DNA of 64,000 nucleotides from contig OX442314.1 of the NCBI GenBank assembly GCA_949358305.1, positions 9,238,001 through 9,302,000 of the forward strand, in the 5' to 3' direction. Position 1 is the stretch's first letter; the number at the start of each line of letters is the position of its first letter. The notes below the pieces were generated by a model. That model worked only from the letters and a program-made list of their open reading frames with translations. It was not told the DNA's origin and searched no databases. This document shows positions 14,732 to 27,460 of this stretch, piece after piece. Source of the stretch: Strigamia acuminata (Eukaryota). A program made the position numbers and the translations under genes.

Positions 14732-14909
14732 TCGCCAAACCACAACCTCGCACCCGATTGGCTCCCACACACCGCGCGCGAAACATCCGCAAATGACGTC
14801 ACGCCAACAAACAGACGGACAAACCGAAGCGGTTACGTCACGCGCGGATGATGCCGAGAGTTGTGGAGTGCGAGTGCACGTGGAGCGAAGGCTCAGATTG
14901 AGTTATGCG

Positions 14910-17352
14910 ATGGAGACGTGCGAGTGCTGCGACAAGTGGTCATCTCTGATGGGTTCTTCGTCCGTTCGTCTGCCGCGTTGGATGCCGTTCGCGGGCGTGC
15001 TCCGCTCGACCGGAGCGCGGGTGATGCACGCGCTGGTCGTCAACGTGCCCGTGCAACTCGTGTTTGATGGACAAGTGCAAATCTTTGCGATGCACACGTT
15101 GGTGCAGGTTGTGTTCCACACCGTGTTCACGGCTGCTTCGAGGCTAAATCAAGGTGAGTCACTGAGTAAATTTAGATTTTTTTAATTTGTCTTGATTTAT
15201 TTTTTAGTTTTGCTTTTTTTTTTCACTTTTTTCACTTTCTTTCACTTGCTTTGTGTTTTCATTTTTTATTCATTTCTTCCATGTTTTTATTCACTTTTTC
15301 CACGTTTTCCCATGTATTTATTCATTTTTTCCATGTTTTTCCATGTTTTTCCACTTATTATTCATTTTTTCCATGTTTTATTCATTTTTTCTACGTTTTT
15401 ATTCATTTTTTCCACGTTTTCCCATGTATTTATTTCTTTTTTTCATGTTTTTCCATGTTTTTCCACTTATTATTCATTTTTTCCATGTTTTTATTCATTT
15501 TTTTCCATGTTTTTACTCATTTTTACCATGTTTTTATTCATTTTTTCCATGTTTTGCCATGTTTTTCCACGTTTTACCATGTTTTTATTCATTTTTTCCA
15601 TGTTTTGTCATGTTTTTCCACGTTTTACCATAATTTTCCATTTTTTATTCATTTTTTCCACTTATATTCATTTTTTGCATGTTTTTCCATGTTTTGCAAT
15701 GTATTTCCACCTTTTTTCACGTTTTCCCATGTTTTTCCTTTTCATTTTTCCTTTTTTCCCAATATATTCCAACATTTCCAATTTCTTTTTTTCTTTTTTC
15801 ACATTTTTGCATCAAAAAATTGACTTTTCCCGTTCTTTAGGCGACGGCACTTTACCCGATGTTGTTCCGCCGCTGGAGCAAGACGTGTACGGGAGCATCG
15901 GACACGGACTCAGGCTATTAGCCGACGATTTTGACGGCGGCTCCACAAACCCGACGACGAGTCTCTTCGGCTGCTTGTCAGTTATTTTCGCACAGGTGAG
16001 ACATTTCTGCACGTCAAAACGCACTTTTTTCGACCGAGAAACGGCGAGATGAGCGCGTTTTGATGTTTATCTGGTGTTGGTGACAGCTGCATCGTTAATT
16101 TGATGGCGAAACAAGTCGAAATGAGTCGATCTGACACTTTACAAATGACCCAGCCCATTAAATCCACAAATAAACTCAATGCACCGCATTCAATGTTTTT
16201 TATTTTTATTTTTATTAATTTTTTCAATTTTAATTATCATTGAGTTTGGTGGATTCTGATGGCAAGCAGTTGAGTGGCGCCATCTGGCGGTGATAAAGGA
16301 GGTGCGCTTAATTTGTGATGAATTTGTGATGCAATGCGTAAAATTGGAATGGCAGCTGAATAATTAGATGGAGTGACCACTCTAGTTGTCCGAGCCTTTG
16401 TCCAGTTTAATTTATTCATTGGTATTTAGAATTTTTTTTTAATTTTTTTTAAATTTTTTTTTTAAATTTTTATTTATTTATTTATTCATAGAAGTGATAT
16501 TTATGACGTCATATTTCATGCGGAGATTGTGTTTGACTTATTAAATTTTCATGAAATGTTTGTATAAGTTCTAATCACTTGCATCAACAGATTGGTTAAG
16601 TCAACACGTTGATCCAAATTGATCCTGACTTTATATCTCGCGTTCTAAAAATTCGATTTAATTAAAAATGGGGGGAGGAGTGTAAAATAAAAGAGTGGTT
16701 TTTATTATTAACACTAGGTGCGTTCAAATTGGTTTAAAAAAATCTGCTTAAATGTTTTAAGTCGATAACCTCGTTTTCATTTCTGGATATGACGGTTTTA
16801 TGTCATATTTTGCTTAAGTTAGGCCAAGGATGCGATTTGCGCATGCTCAGTTGAACAATCATTCATTTCTCAATTGCGCAAAAGCCTGCGTATTAGTGAT
16901 ACAGAAACGAATCGCGATATAACGAATTATTCGTTATAACGAATCACGATATAACGAATTATTCGTTATAACGAATCACGATAGAACGAATTATTCGTTA
17001 TAACGAATAGGTAAAAATGTCCCATTTGGTTGGTTGGCCGTAGAACACTATGTTAAAAAAAATTCGTTATAACGAATTATCGTTATAACGAACTGATTTT
17101 TTGGTTCCTTGCTATTCGTTGTAAGGAGTTTCGACTGTATTAGTATTTTGTTGAGTAAATAAGTCGCTTATTTCACTTATTTGTAGTTTTAGTATTTGTT
17201 TAAGTGGCGGATAATTTGAACGCAATTGGTGATTTTTTTGTTTATTTTTTTATTTATTTAAATTTTATTTTTTTTTATTAATTTTTTTATTTATTTATTT
17301 GTAGGGTTGGCATTTCCTCGTTCAACTGATGGATTATTTGTGGAATTTTTAG
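14910..17352 (+). CDS. Putative BH3-only (PUMA/EGL-1/Bim-like) pro-apoptotic protein, about 148 aa; exons 14910-15153, 15841-15995, 17305-17352 (start codon uncertain)
   Basis: Donor AAG|GTGAGT (15154, phase 1) joins in frame to acceptor ttctttag (15840). Donor CAG|GTGAGA (15996, phase 0) joins acceptor tttgtag (17304). Product ends ...YGSIGHGLRLLADDFDG...SLFGCLSVIFAQGWHFLVQLMDYLWNF*, i.e. a BH3 pattern LxxxADDF plus a hydrophobic tail. ATG 14910 has context GCGATGG. Confidence 0.6.
15250..15740. repeat. Degenerate T-tract repeat (about 10/20-bp period) inside intron 1 of the BH3 candidate
   Basis: Units TTTTCCATGT and TTTTATTCAT. Confidence 0.8.
16902..17137. mobile_element. Tc1/mariner-pogo-like MITE (left end deleted); related fragments near 1047, 6050, 22433
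   Basis: TA-CAG...GAGTTTCGACTG-TA ends with internal TTCGTTATAACGAA palindromes. It lies within a wider 12-bp inverted repeat (16719/17224). Confidence 0.6.
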
Positions 17353-18733
17353 GGGATAATTTCGAGTAAAAAAGATAAATAATTATTCAGGGAATTTCCA
17401 TACTGCCGTCCAAGGATTTCTTTTCTTCTTCTTATTGTTTGTTTATTATTTTTTTTTTTATATAAAAATGGAAATTTGAAATATTAAATTTTTGTTTTGT
17501 TTTATTTTGATTTGCTCAAAAGCCAAAACCAAAAAAAATGGATAATTAAAATAAAAAATGAATGAATGAAATTTCTTAAGTTTTGCATCTTTGCTATAAA
17601 AATTGTATTTAAAAATAAAAATTACAAAAAAATGGCGCTCGGAAAAAATAAACTGTGATATTTTATATAAAGTTGAAAAATTTTTTTTGAAAATTTTTTT
17701 TAAGAAATTTTTTTTTTGTTAATTTATATTTTTCACTTATTATTATTATTATTATTTTTTTTTGTATAAATCTCATTTGTGGTAGCGTTGTAGATAGTTA
17801 TCAACTCAATTACTCGTTTGATGTCACTTTATAAGGTTGTGTTTACATATCTAGCAATAGAAATATAATTTCCATACTTAATAATTGTTAATGTGTCCAA
17901 TATACATCTATGTAACAATAACAACCTTTTTCTTTATTGAATATATTTTTGATGTAAATAATTTTCCACTTAAAAAAAAAACAAACAAAAAAAAAATAAT
18001 AAAATTTTTTTGTGATAATTTTTCTTTTATTTAATAAAAAAAAACTTAAAGCAACAAAAATTGCTTTATTTCATTACCCTGTCTTTCAATTTTGATATTT
18101 AGTACTATAAAATTTGTAAACTTTTAATAAAAATAAAGTTTGAAAATAATAATAAAAAAAAAAATGTGTTTTTATTTTAATAAAAAAATTGATCACGGGA
18201 TAAATTGACTTCATTTTTGCCATTATTTTTCCTCTTTTTGTCGGAAAATGAAGGCAAAGGGTTAATGATGCATGGCGCGATTGTATAGGAAGGGGGAAAC
18301 AGAAATGTCGATCTGATACATCACGAGTTTGATAATTACATCAAAATTGAGTCATCCAAATGAAAAGAAACAAATTGGTTCAATTTTCAAGAGAACATGC
18401 TCTTTGATTGAAATTTAGACACCCAACTGACATTCATTTTAGAGTTTCAACCCTTTTTTGTGAAAACTTAACGAGAAAACCAAATAAAAGCAAAGAGAAT
18501 AATAACGCACACTTCACAAAACAGTGTACAGCGGTGCAGCCGAACCGTCGCTTGCGCAGGGCGGCCGACGGCCGACTCGAAGCCACAACTCGTTGCTCAT
18601 ATTTATAGGTTCGCTACTTCGCTCTGATGGTTCCGCTGCAATTAATGCAGTTTTTTTTATCGAAAAGTATCGCTTTTACACTAAACCTGCAATTTTTAAT
18701 TAACAAAGGATAAATTTTACATTTAATTCTGTG

Positions 18734-18950
18734 GTTTTTCATGGAAATTGATCATTTTTGCACCTTAAATTGTAGTTTTTCATGGAAATTGATCATTTTT
18801 GCACCTTAAATTACAGTTTTTCATGGAAATTGATCATTTTTGCAACTTAAATAATAGTTTTTCATGGAAATTGATCATTTTTGCACCTTAAATTATAGTT
18901 TTTCATGAAAATTGATTATTTTTGCACGTTAAATTATAGTTTTTCAATAA
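18734..18950. repeat. 41-bp minisatellite, about 5 copies
   Basis: Unit GTTTTTCATGGAAATTGATCATTTTTGCACCTTAAATTGTA. Confidence 0.9.
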
Positions 18951-20839
18951 AACGAATTAATTTACGACTTAAATTTTTAGTTTTTTGTCAAAAATGTTCA
19001 TTTTGACACATGCAACTGTAGTGTTTCAATACAAATAACCATTTTTGCACTTAAAATTGTAGTTTTTTTTATTAAAAACAATCATTTTGCACCTAAAACT
19101 AAGGTTTTCCAATAAAAACGATCATGTCAGCAGTCATATTTCTACTTTTTTGCACCTAGACTGCATTATCTAATCTTTAAAAATCTATTCTTCCCCTGAC
19201 TTTGCAAACTCGGCGCCGTGTCTGACCACATCCCATAAATCCGAGCAGTGAAGCCGTCAAAACTCGCCTCATTTTCCCAGCCACCCGAATACAACTCCGA
19301 ACAATCTAACTCGCACTTGATTAAAACAACTTTAATCAGCTGTAAACACACTGTCCCAAAAATTAGTCTTAGGTCGCAACTGTTCGTCGCCACTGCTCGA
19401 TCCAGCCAGCTGACGACCATAAATTGACAAATTGAGTTTTATTTGTCATGTAATTGTAAATCACCCTAATTACACATCCCTTTCCCTTTTTACCCCTTTA
19501 GGTGTTTAGATTAGGCCCGGAGTCCCCCGGGATCCAACTTGGTTGATTAACTGTCATTGAGGCGACGAGTTAATCAAAGTGTCAGCCATTTTCTCGTTTC
19601 TTCAATTAATTGAGATTTATTAATTTTTATTTTTATATATCCCACCAAAAAAAAAATTAAAAAATGGAAATTAAGTTTTGGGGGGGCAAGGGGGGGCAGG
19701 TTCCATAAAATTCTAATATACGACCGTTTCATTTGCCCGTCTATAAATTTAAATGGAAATCGTAATTAAGATGTCATCTTTTATCTGCAAACAAATAGCT
19801 CCGAACACATGTCACTTTTTATCTTTTCAATTTCTCCCCAGTGGTGGCTCCATCTGACGCGAGATTGATGCAATTCGGTGCGTACAAGCGGCGCAGACGA
19901 TCCAAAAACCCTCCAAAACACGAGTCAAACTCGTCTTATCTCCTTCTTATCTCGAGTGTAATCCACATCCAAAGAGAGACACACACACATCACATTGAAA
20001 AATGATAATAACACGAGGGAAATTCGTTCTTTAATTATTCTCGAGACAAAGAAAAACGACTCGATACACATTTCTTCCCGTCTTAAGAATAAAAAGATAA
20101 CGACGAAGCAAATTGCAATTTCTTTACTTACAAATGCATCCCAAGAGTTTTTTAGTCTTCTTTTATCAGTGTTTGGACGTTCTAGTTGCTAAAATAGCAT
20201 TTTTCTTGCACTTGAACTGATCAATCAGCCAGACTCATCAAGTAGAGTTTGTCTAAAAAATTACGACCGGTTTAGGCACTCGAGAGCCACCACCAGGGGG
20301 ATCTTTTAGCAGACTGTAAAGTATCCGATGTGCCAGCTGCTGCTCTCTCTCTCTCTCTTTCTGAGAGATAAAAGTGTATACTGATAAAGCAAATAAAATT
20401 CAGCAGTGATTTACACCTGACAACCTTTCACCTCTTTTCGTGGAAGCCATTATTAATTAACAACGTGGAGTTTTGGTTTGCGCCATTGTATCATCGCCGG
20501 TTGGAAGATTATGGGAGGAAGAGTGCTTTTAGGGTTTAGTGTAATAGATGGCAGAAGCCATTTGCACTCAAATTCCAACGTGAGGACTCGGGTGGATTCC
20601 TCCTTGCTTGGTGGGAGATTAGACGGCTTCGCTGTCAACAATATCAATTTGTGATTACCGCTAAGTCCTGGTGATCATCCGCTTCGTGCGGGAACATCGC
20701 TTCCTATTATTATATTTCTTAAAGTGGTTGACAATTACATGTATTTGTTACGTATGTATTGTTGTTTGAATAAATCGAAGTATGTCTTTTGAACGGTGTG
20801 TATGACACTGGTATCTAATGGGGTCCAATTGGATTTTCA

Positions 20840-21470
20840 CGCAAAATAAAGCATTTTCTGGTGAAATAATGCATTTTAATGTAAATAAATGCGTTTTCAG
20901 ACAAAATAAATGCGTTTTCAGACAAAATAAATGCATTTTTAGACAAAATAAATGCATTTTCAGACAAAATAAATGCATTTTCAGAAAAATAAATGCTTCT
21001 TAAACAAAATAAATGCGTTTTTAGACAAAATAAATGCATTTTTAGACAAAATAAATGCATTTTCAGACAAAATAAATGTATTTTCAGACAAAATAAATGC
21101 GTTTTCAGACAAAATAAATGCATTTTTAGACAAAATAAATGTATTTTTAGACAAAATAAATGTATTTTTAGACAAAATAAATAAATTTTTAGAAAAATAA
21201 ATGCATTTCAGACAAAATAAATGCATTTTCAGACTAAATAAATGCATTTTCAGACTAAATAAATGCATTTTCAAACAAAATAAATGCATTTTTAGACAAA
21301 AAAATCCATTTTCAGAAAAATAAATGCTTTTCAGACAAAATAAATGCATTTTCAGACAAAATAAATGCGTTTTCAGACGAAATAAATGCATTTTCAGTCA
21401 AAATAAATGCATTTTCAGTCAAAATAAATGCATTTTCAGTCAAAATAAATGCATTTTCAAACAAAAAAAT
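20840..21470. repeat. 21-bp minisatellite
   Basis: Unit AAAATAAATGCATTTTCAGAC. Confidence 0.95.
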
Positions 21471-23581
21471 CCATTATGAACAAAAACATGCATTTTTATT
21501 TGGAATAAAACACATTTTAATATGTGTAGCATGTACCGGGTGCCCTTTGGAATCGCCACTGGACAGCACTCATCGAGACATTTCCTCCAGCCTCATCATC
21601 TGACCCCTATGGGCCGTTTCCCCAATCAACCGACCCAAGATAATCATATCAATTACCCAACTCTACATGTCACACACCAAAAAAAAAAAACCCAAATGAA
21701 TTATAGATTAAACAAACAAGTTGTAAAAAGAAATGGACAACCATAACACTTTTATTTACGATGTTTATACTTATTGTAATCTCCTTAAGAACTTTATTGA
21801 TACCAGTCAAACTCCTCACCAAACTTGTTTATAAAATAAAATATAAAAACACAACGAATAAAATAAAATAAAAAAAAATAAAAAAAAACGTGTTAACCAT
21901 GCAATGATAATAATAATAAACAAGTTTGATATGTGTAGCATAGCATCACCTTCCCTTCTTTTGTATGTGGGGACTCCTGGTGGCATTTCTCCTCTTTTAT
22001 AGCTCAGCATTTGCTTCATGAAATGACAGACTGCATTCGATCATAAAATGCAGCAGTAAATTGGGTTTTATGAGCAGTTCTCTGCCTTGTGTGCCACAAT
22101 AATTGTTTATTCAAGTCGATGGATGGGAAAAGTCAATCTGAATGCAACGTCCATTTTCTACAACGCCACCTGTTCGACAAAAATAAAGAAAAGTGGTTCT
22201 GTGCTCCCGATTCCGCCGGATAAAGCCAAATCAGATGAAAAGACATTTTTTCCTTCTTCTTTCAACTCCTCACTTTTGTTGCTCGCAAAGAGCAGCGCCA
22301 TAAAAGTTTTATAATCGTCTTTGGTGACAAATATGCAAATGACGCTTTCCACGGTGTAATTACGCACGCGCAGTGGGAAATGTTAAACTGTTAATTCTAC
22401 AATATTAATTCTTGGAAGCGGGGTTTAGGGCGGACCTCGTTATAACGAATTGTGGGGGTTGGGGCGGCGATTCGTTGTAACGAGGTCGCGTGTGCCAAAT
22501 CTGCGGTTCGCCTCGAGCTGATGTTTCTTGGTATGCAAATGAGAGGATTGCGACTGCAAAGCTCGCTTGCTCAAAGCTCATTTATTTGATTTATCCTCGC
22601 AAATCCACCTCCATTTGTAATTTGGATCCCGCAAAAAAGATATAAAATCCGGATCTGTCAATCAAATTTTTTTTTTGTCTTCTGGTTAAGAGATAAAGGA
22701 AACAAAAGGCAATTTATTTTTTTTTTTGTTATTTTTTTTTATTTTGGCTTCAAGATTTAACCCTTTTGTTGGATTCAACGAAGGAAGATGAGTGGCGTGT
22801 ATTTTCATGTCATTTTTATGATGGGGAATGAGGTGTTGAATATTCATCAGGTGTCAGCAACTTCATTAGGATTTTTACGAGGTGTTGGGAGAAATGTGGG
22901 TTAAGAAAGAAAAAATTAATAAATAATATAAATAATATCAAAAGAAAAAAAATAATTATTTTTTTTATTTTTATTTTTTTTATTTTTTTTATTTTTATTA
23001 TTTTTTTGTTAATTTGATGTGATGGCGAGTTCGTGGAAAAATAGTAAATTGTTTGGTTGTCTGGAAAATTGTCGTAAACTGGGCCGGCTTTCGTTGCACT
23101 CATAAAATAAAAATCAACCCTGTTGCTATTATTTCAATTGGGAGGTAATAAAGTGGAGAGAAGTAGTAAAAGTTAATTTTTGGTGTTTTTCGGATTAGTT
23201 TCAGGTGATGAAGGTTTTAAGTTGGTGTTTCTGGTGCGATGGAAGTGGGGATTTATTATTTAAATGTTGGATTGGTGCTCGGGTGCTTGTTGGGTGTTGT
23301 GGAGGGGAATTGGATCCCGTTTGTGGATGTGTGAGAGGAGGCGCCACTTCGGGTTTCGTACGAACTGGTGTTTAGGTGGTTTGCTGATTCCCGTGGAAAA
23401 TGTTTGTGTATCATGACATTTCAGCAAAATCTAAATTTTTTTTTTTTTTTGAAATTAAATTTTAGTTTTTTTTTTAAAAAAAATCTTACTTGGTGATATG
23501 CAACAGCGGTAGGTCCTGAAGATTTTCGTTTATTTTCGTGTTCTTTATCTTGCTCTATCTTAAACGAATCGAACGTGCACA

Positions 23582-24970
23582 ATTTTTTGCCAGTTTTTGC
23601 CCGATTTTGTCCGGTTTTGCCCGATTTTGCCCGATTTTGCCCGATTTTGCCCCGGTTTTGCTCGATTTTGCCCGGTTTTGCCCGAATTTGTCCGATTTTA
23701 GTAGATTTTGCCCGATTTTGACAGATTTTGTCGGACTTTTGTAAGATTTTGACCGATTTTGCCCGGTTTTGCCCGATTTTGCCCGGTTTTGCCCGGTTTT
23801 GCCCGGTTTTGCTCGGTTTTGCCCGATTTTGCCCCGGTTTTGCCCGATTTTGCCCGGTTTTGCCCGGTTTTGCCCGAATTGCCAGATTTTGTCCGATTTT
23901 AGTAGATTTTGCCCGATTTTGACAGATTTTGTCGGACTTTTGTAAGATTTTGACCGATTTTGCCCGGTTTTGCCCGATTTTTCTCGGTTTTGCCCGATTT
24001 TGCCCGAATTGCCAGATTTTGTCCGATTTTAGTAGATTTTGCCCTTTTGACAGATTTTGTCGGACTTTTGTAAGATTTTGACCGATTTTGCCCGGTTTTG
24101 CCCGGTTTTGCCCGGTTTTGCTCGGTTTTGCCCGATTTTGCCCCGGTTTTGCCCGATTTTGCCCGGTTTTGCCCGGTTTTGCCCGAATTGCCAGATTTTG
24201 TCCGATTTTAGTAGATTTTGCCCGATTTTGACAGATTTTGTCGGACTTTTGTAAGATTTTGACCGATTTTGCCCGGTTTTGCCCGATTTTTCTCGGTTTT
24301 GCCCGATTTTGCCCGAATTGCCAGATTTTGTCCGATTTTAGTAGATTTTGCCCTTTTGACAGATTTTGTCGGACTTTTGTAAGATTTTGACCGATTTTGC
24401 CCGGTTTTGCCCGATTTTGCCCGGTTTTGCCCCGGTTTTGCCCGGTTTTGCCCGGTTTTGCCCGATTTTGCCCGGTTTTGCCCGAATTGCCAGATTTTGT
24501 CCGATTTTAGTAGATTTTGCCCTTTTGACAGATTTTGTCGGACTTTTGTAAGATTTTGACCGATTTTGCCCGGTTTTGCCCGGTTTTGCTCGGTTTTGCC
24601 CGATTTTGCCCCAGTTTTGCCCGGTTTTGCCCGGTTTTGCCCGGTTTTGCCCGAATTGCCAGATTTTGTCCGATTTTAGTAGATTTTGCCCGATTTTGAC
24701 AGATTTTGTCGGACTTTTGTAAGATTTTGACCGATTTTGCCCGGTTTTGCCCGATTTTTCTCGGTTTTGCCCGATTTTGCCCGAATTGCCAGATTTTGTC
24801 CGATTTTAGTAGATTTTGCCCGACTTTGGCAGATTTTGTCCGACTTTTTAAGATTTTGACCGATTTTGCCCGAACTTGCAGATCTTCACGCCAGATTTTG
24901 CCAGATTTTGCAAGCTTTTGCCCGATTCTGCATGATTTTGCATGATTTTGCCAGATTTTGTCCGATTTCT
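23582..24970. repeat. 10-bp satellite with higher-order units of about 130-200 bp
   Basis: TTTTGCCCG(A/G) monomers; marker GTCGGACTTTTGTAAGA recurs about 7 times. Confidence 0.95.
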
Positions 24971-26967
24971 CCCGAACTTGTGCATCTTCTCGCTCGATCT
25001 AGCCCACATTTGCAGATCTTTTTCCCCGATCTTGCAGACCTCACCCAATCTTGCGTAATTTCTCGTTCATTCTTGCCAGATTTTGTCCAAACGTGCAGAT
25101 CTTCTCACCCGATCTTGCACACCATTCTGTTACAGTTTCAGCAAATATTTTTCTTGGCAAAATCAAACTTTTAATTGCCAATACCTTAAAACAGATCCCC
25201 CAATTTTTCTAATCATTTACCTCACACCCATTCACACTTTTTTGTTTCCAACTCGAAAAGATACATTTACCAACCAACTTTACCGTACAAAACAAAACAA
25301 TCTACCAACCGTGTGACGATAACGTACCGGCGCAAATAACAAGATAATAAGATAAGTTTAACAGGAGAAAATAGTGAACTGTGTAACTGAGATAAAGTAA
25401 AATGGAGGCGCTTGGAGGCGCTTGTTTTATCAAAACATGAACATTTATTGCTTGGGTATATAATTACAATAAATAATTAATAACAACCAATTTGGAAGTT
25501 TGACTAGTTTTGGCCAAGTATGTTAAATACTTGCGCCGGTACGTCATCGTCACAACCTTCCAGTTTCGTACACGTAAAATGGATTTCTACACTTAGCACT
25601 TTGACGGCTCAAATTCCACCATTTATTTTTCCTTTTTTCTCCTCCAGAAAAACAAACTTTATGCGTCTGGCCTTAAACCCTCGATTTGCCTATTGGCTCC
25701 TCTCCAACATTAATATTTTTTTGCATCTTATTTACGGTACATGTATTTACAAATGGAGGGAATCTCTCTCGACGAGACGACGGAAGGTCATTTGGTCTTA
25801 ATGGATTGGTGTTAAAGGGGTTGAGAGTGGGGAAGGCAGGCACTGCTGAAAGTAATTTGCTGCGTCGTAAAGCCAAAGTGCATCAACTCCTTGGAAATAG
25901 CAAATTCCGGCGTCGATCTCACGCGATAGATGAAGATTTCGGCCAAACGTTCAAACTTGAAAGTCGCGCAAACTATTTATTCACAGCTGCAATTTTCATG
26001 CGTCGAGAAAAAGAAAAGAAAAAGGGTTGAAATACGAACAGCTGCGTTTAATCGAGTGGAAACGTCACGCTGTTTTGTTCAGTCCAATTCAAAACCCCAA
26101 ACAAAAGATCATTTAATGACCGTAGTACAAAGAGGAAAATTAACTTTTCAAGTATTGACCACAGGAATAAAAAAAACAAACCATTAATTCCTTTTTATGT
26201 TTATTTTGTGTATGACCAGAAGGGGGAGTAATGAAACTTATTATTATTACGGAGATGTTTAGTATGGAAATGGTGATTGGTGTGTGAGGAATAAAAAGAG
26301 AGGGAGTTGATAATAAAACGAGGAGTAGTTTTGTTGGGAAAAATAGAAAGGAATCTCTATCTTTTTATTTTTTATTTTAGAGCTTATGCAAATTGAAAAC
26401 GTGTGCAAGTAAAATTTTTATGGAGATTGGCTCGGATGGTCCGTCCGAGGCGAGTGGCTCCATTTTGATAACAGATTGTGCTTAAGGAGGCAAAACATGT
26501 CGTTTTTCTTTCCTGGTATTTTCGCGTGTAGCGACTATAGTTTTTATTGATACCATCAGGATTTAAAATCTCCAACAAAGGTTTTGTACTTTATTATCTC
26601 GGCTCCATTTGTTGCCAATAGAGGAAGAAATCAATTACGAGGTTTTGCCAAAACATGTGCAGTTTATCGGATGAGAATTCTTTAATTGATGATCATCTGC
26701 ATGCAAATGGGAATTAAAGTAGACTATTTGTACATTCTTTGGATTAAGAGTTGCTATAGAGTATGCTGTGATCTGGGTTTAAACTCACAGTTCGGATACA
26801 GTAAAACTGTCTTTTAGTTCTAAAATAAAACGGTTTGTTTAGTGGTCTAGTGGTAAAATAAGTAAATACACAGGTAAGTAATTGATAAAAAACACACAAA
26901 TAATTTATTAAACACAAATTACAATGACAATAATAATAATTAATAATACTAAGCTAATTACGACATT

Positions 26968-27460
26968 AGAGAGTTTGCGGGATGCATTTTTCCCTTACAG
27001 TTAAAGACTATACGGTATAAAAATAGTGTAAGGGAAAAATGATAAATTAAGTTTTTGCGGGCTGCACTTTTCCCTTATCACTACACTATTTCAGCCAACT
27101 ACTGACAGTTAGTAATTTTGGGCCTAAAAATTTAATTTGGGGGCGTAGATGTGCAAATTTCTGCATAAAATTCCATTATTATGCCTATAAAGTATGGTTT
27201 GTACCTAAAATTCAATTTTGGACCTCACTTATCATTCAATCTACGTACCTATGACTGTGATGTGTTTGATCGGGACAACAAAATAATCGCCATTTGCAAT
27301 GGGCGGAGCTAACAATATAGTGTTCTCAATTCTGATTGGCTGCGCTATATTTTAATTTAGTGTTGAAAACGATACACTAAAGATTTTTTCCTTACGTTAT
27401 GGCACTAAAATAGTGTAACGTGGCACAAAATAAGGGAAAAATGCATCCCGCAAACTCTCT
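26968..27460. mobile_element. MITE, PIF/Harbinger-like
   Basis: Perfect 30-bp TIR AGAGAGTTTGCGGGATGCATTTTTCCCTTA; 3-bp TSD ATT on both sides. Confidence 0.85.

Noticed and set aside
15192..15823. Long Phe-rich membrane-like ORFs
   Set aside because: Produced by an intronic T-rich repeat; only the portion after acceptor 15840 looks coding.
20748..25174. Many short repetitive ORFs
   Set aside because: Derived from the 21-bp and 10-bp arrays.
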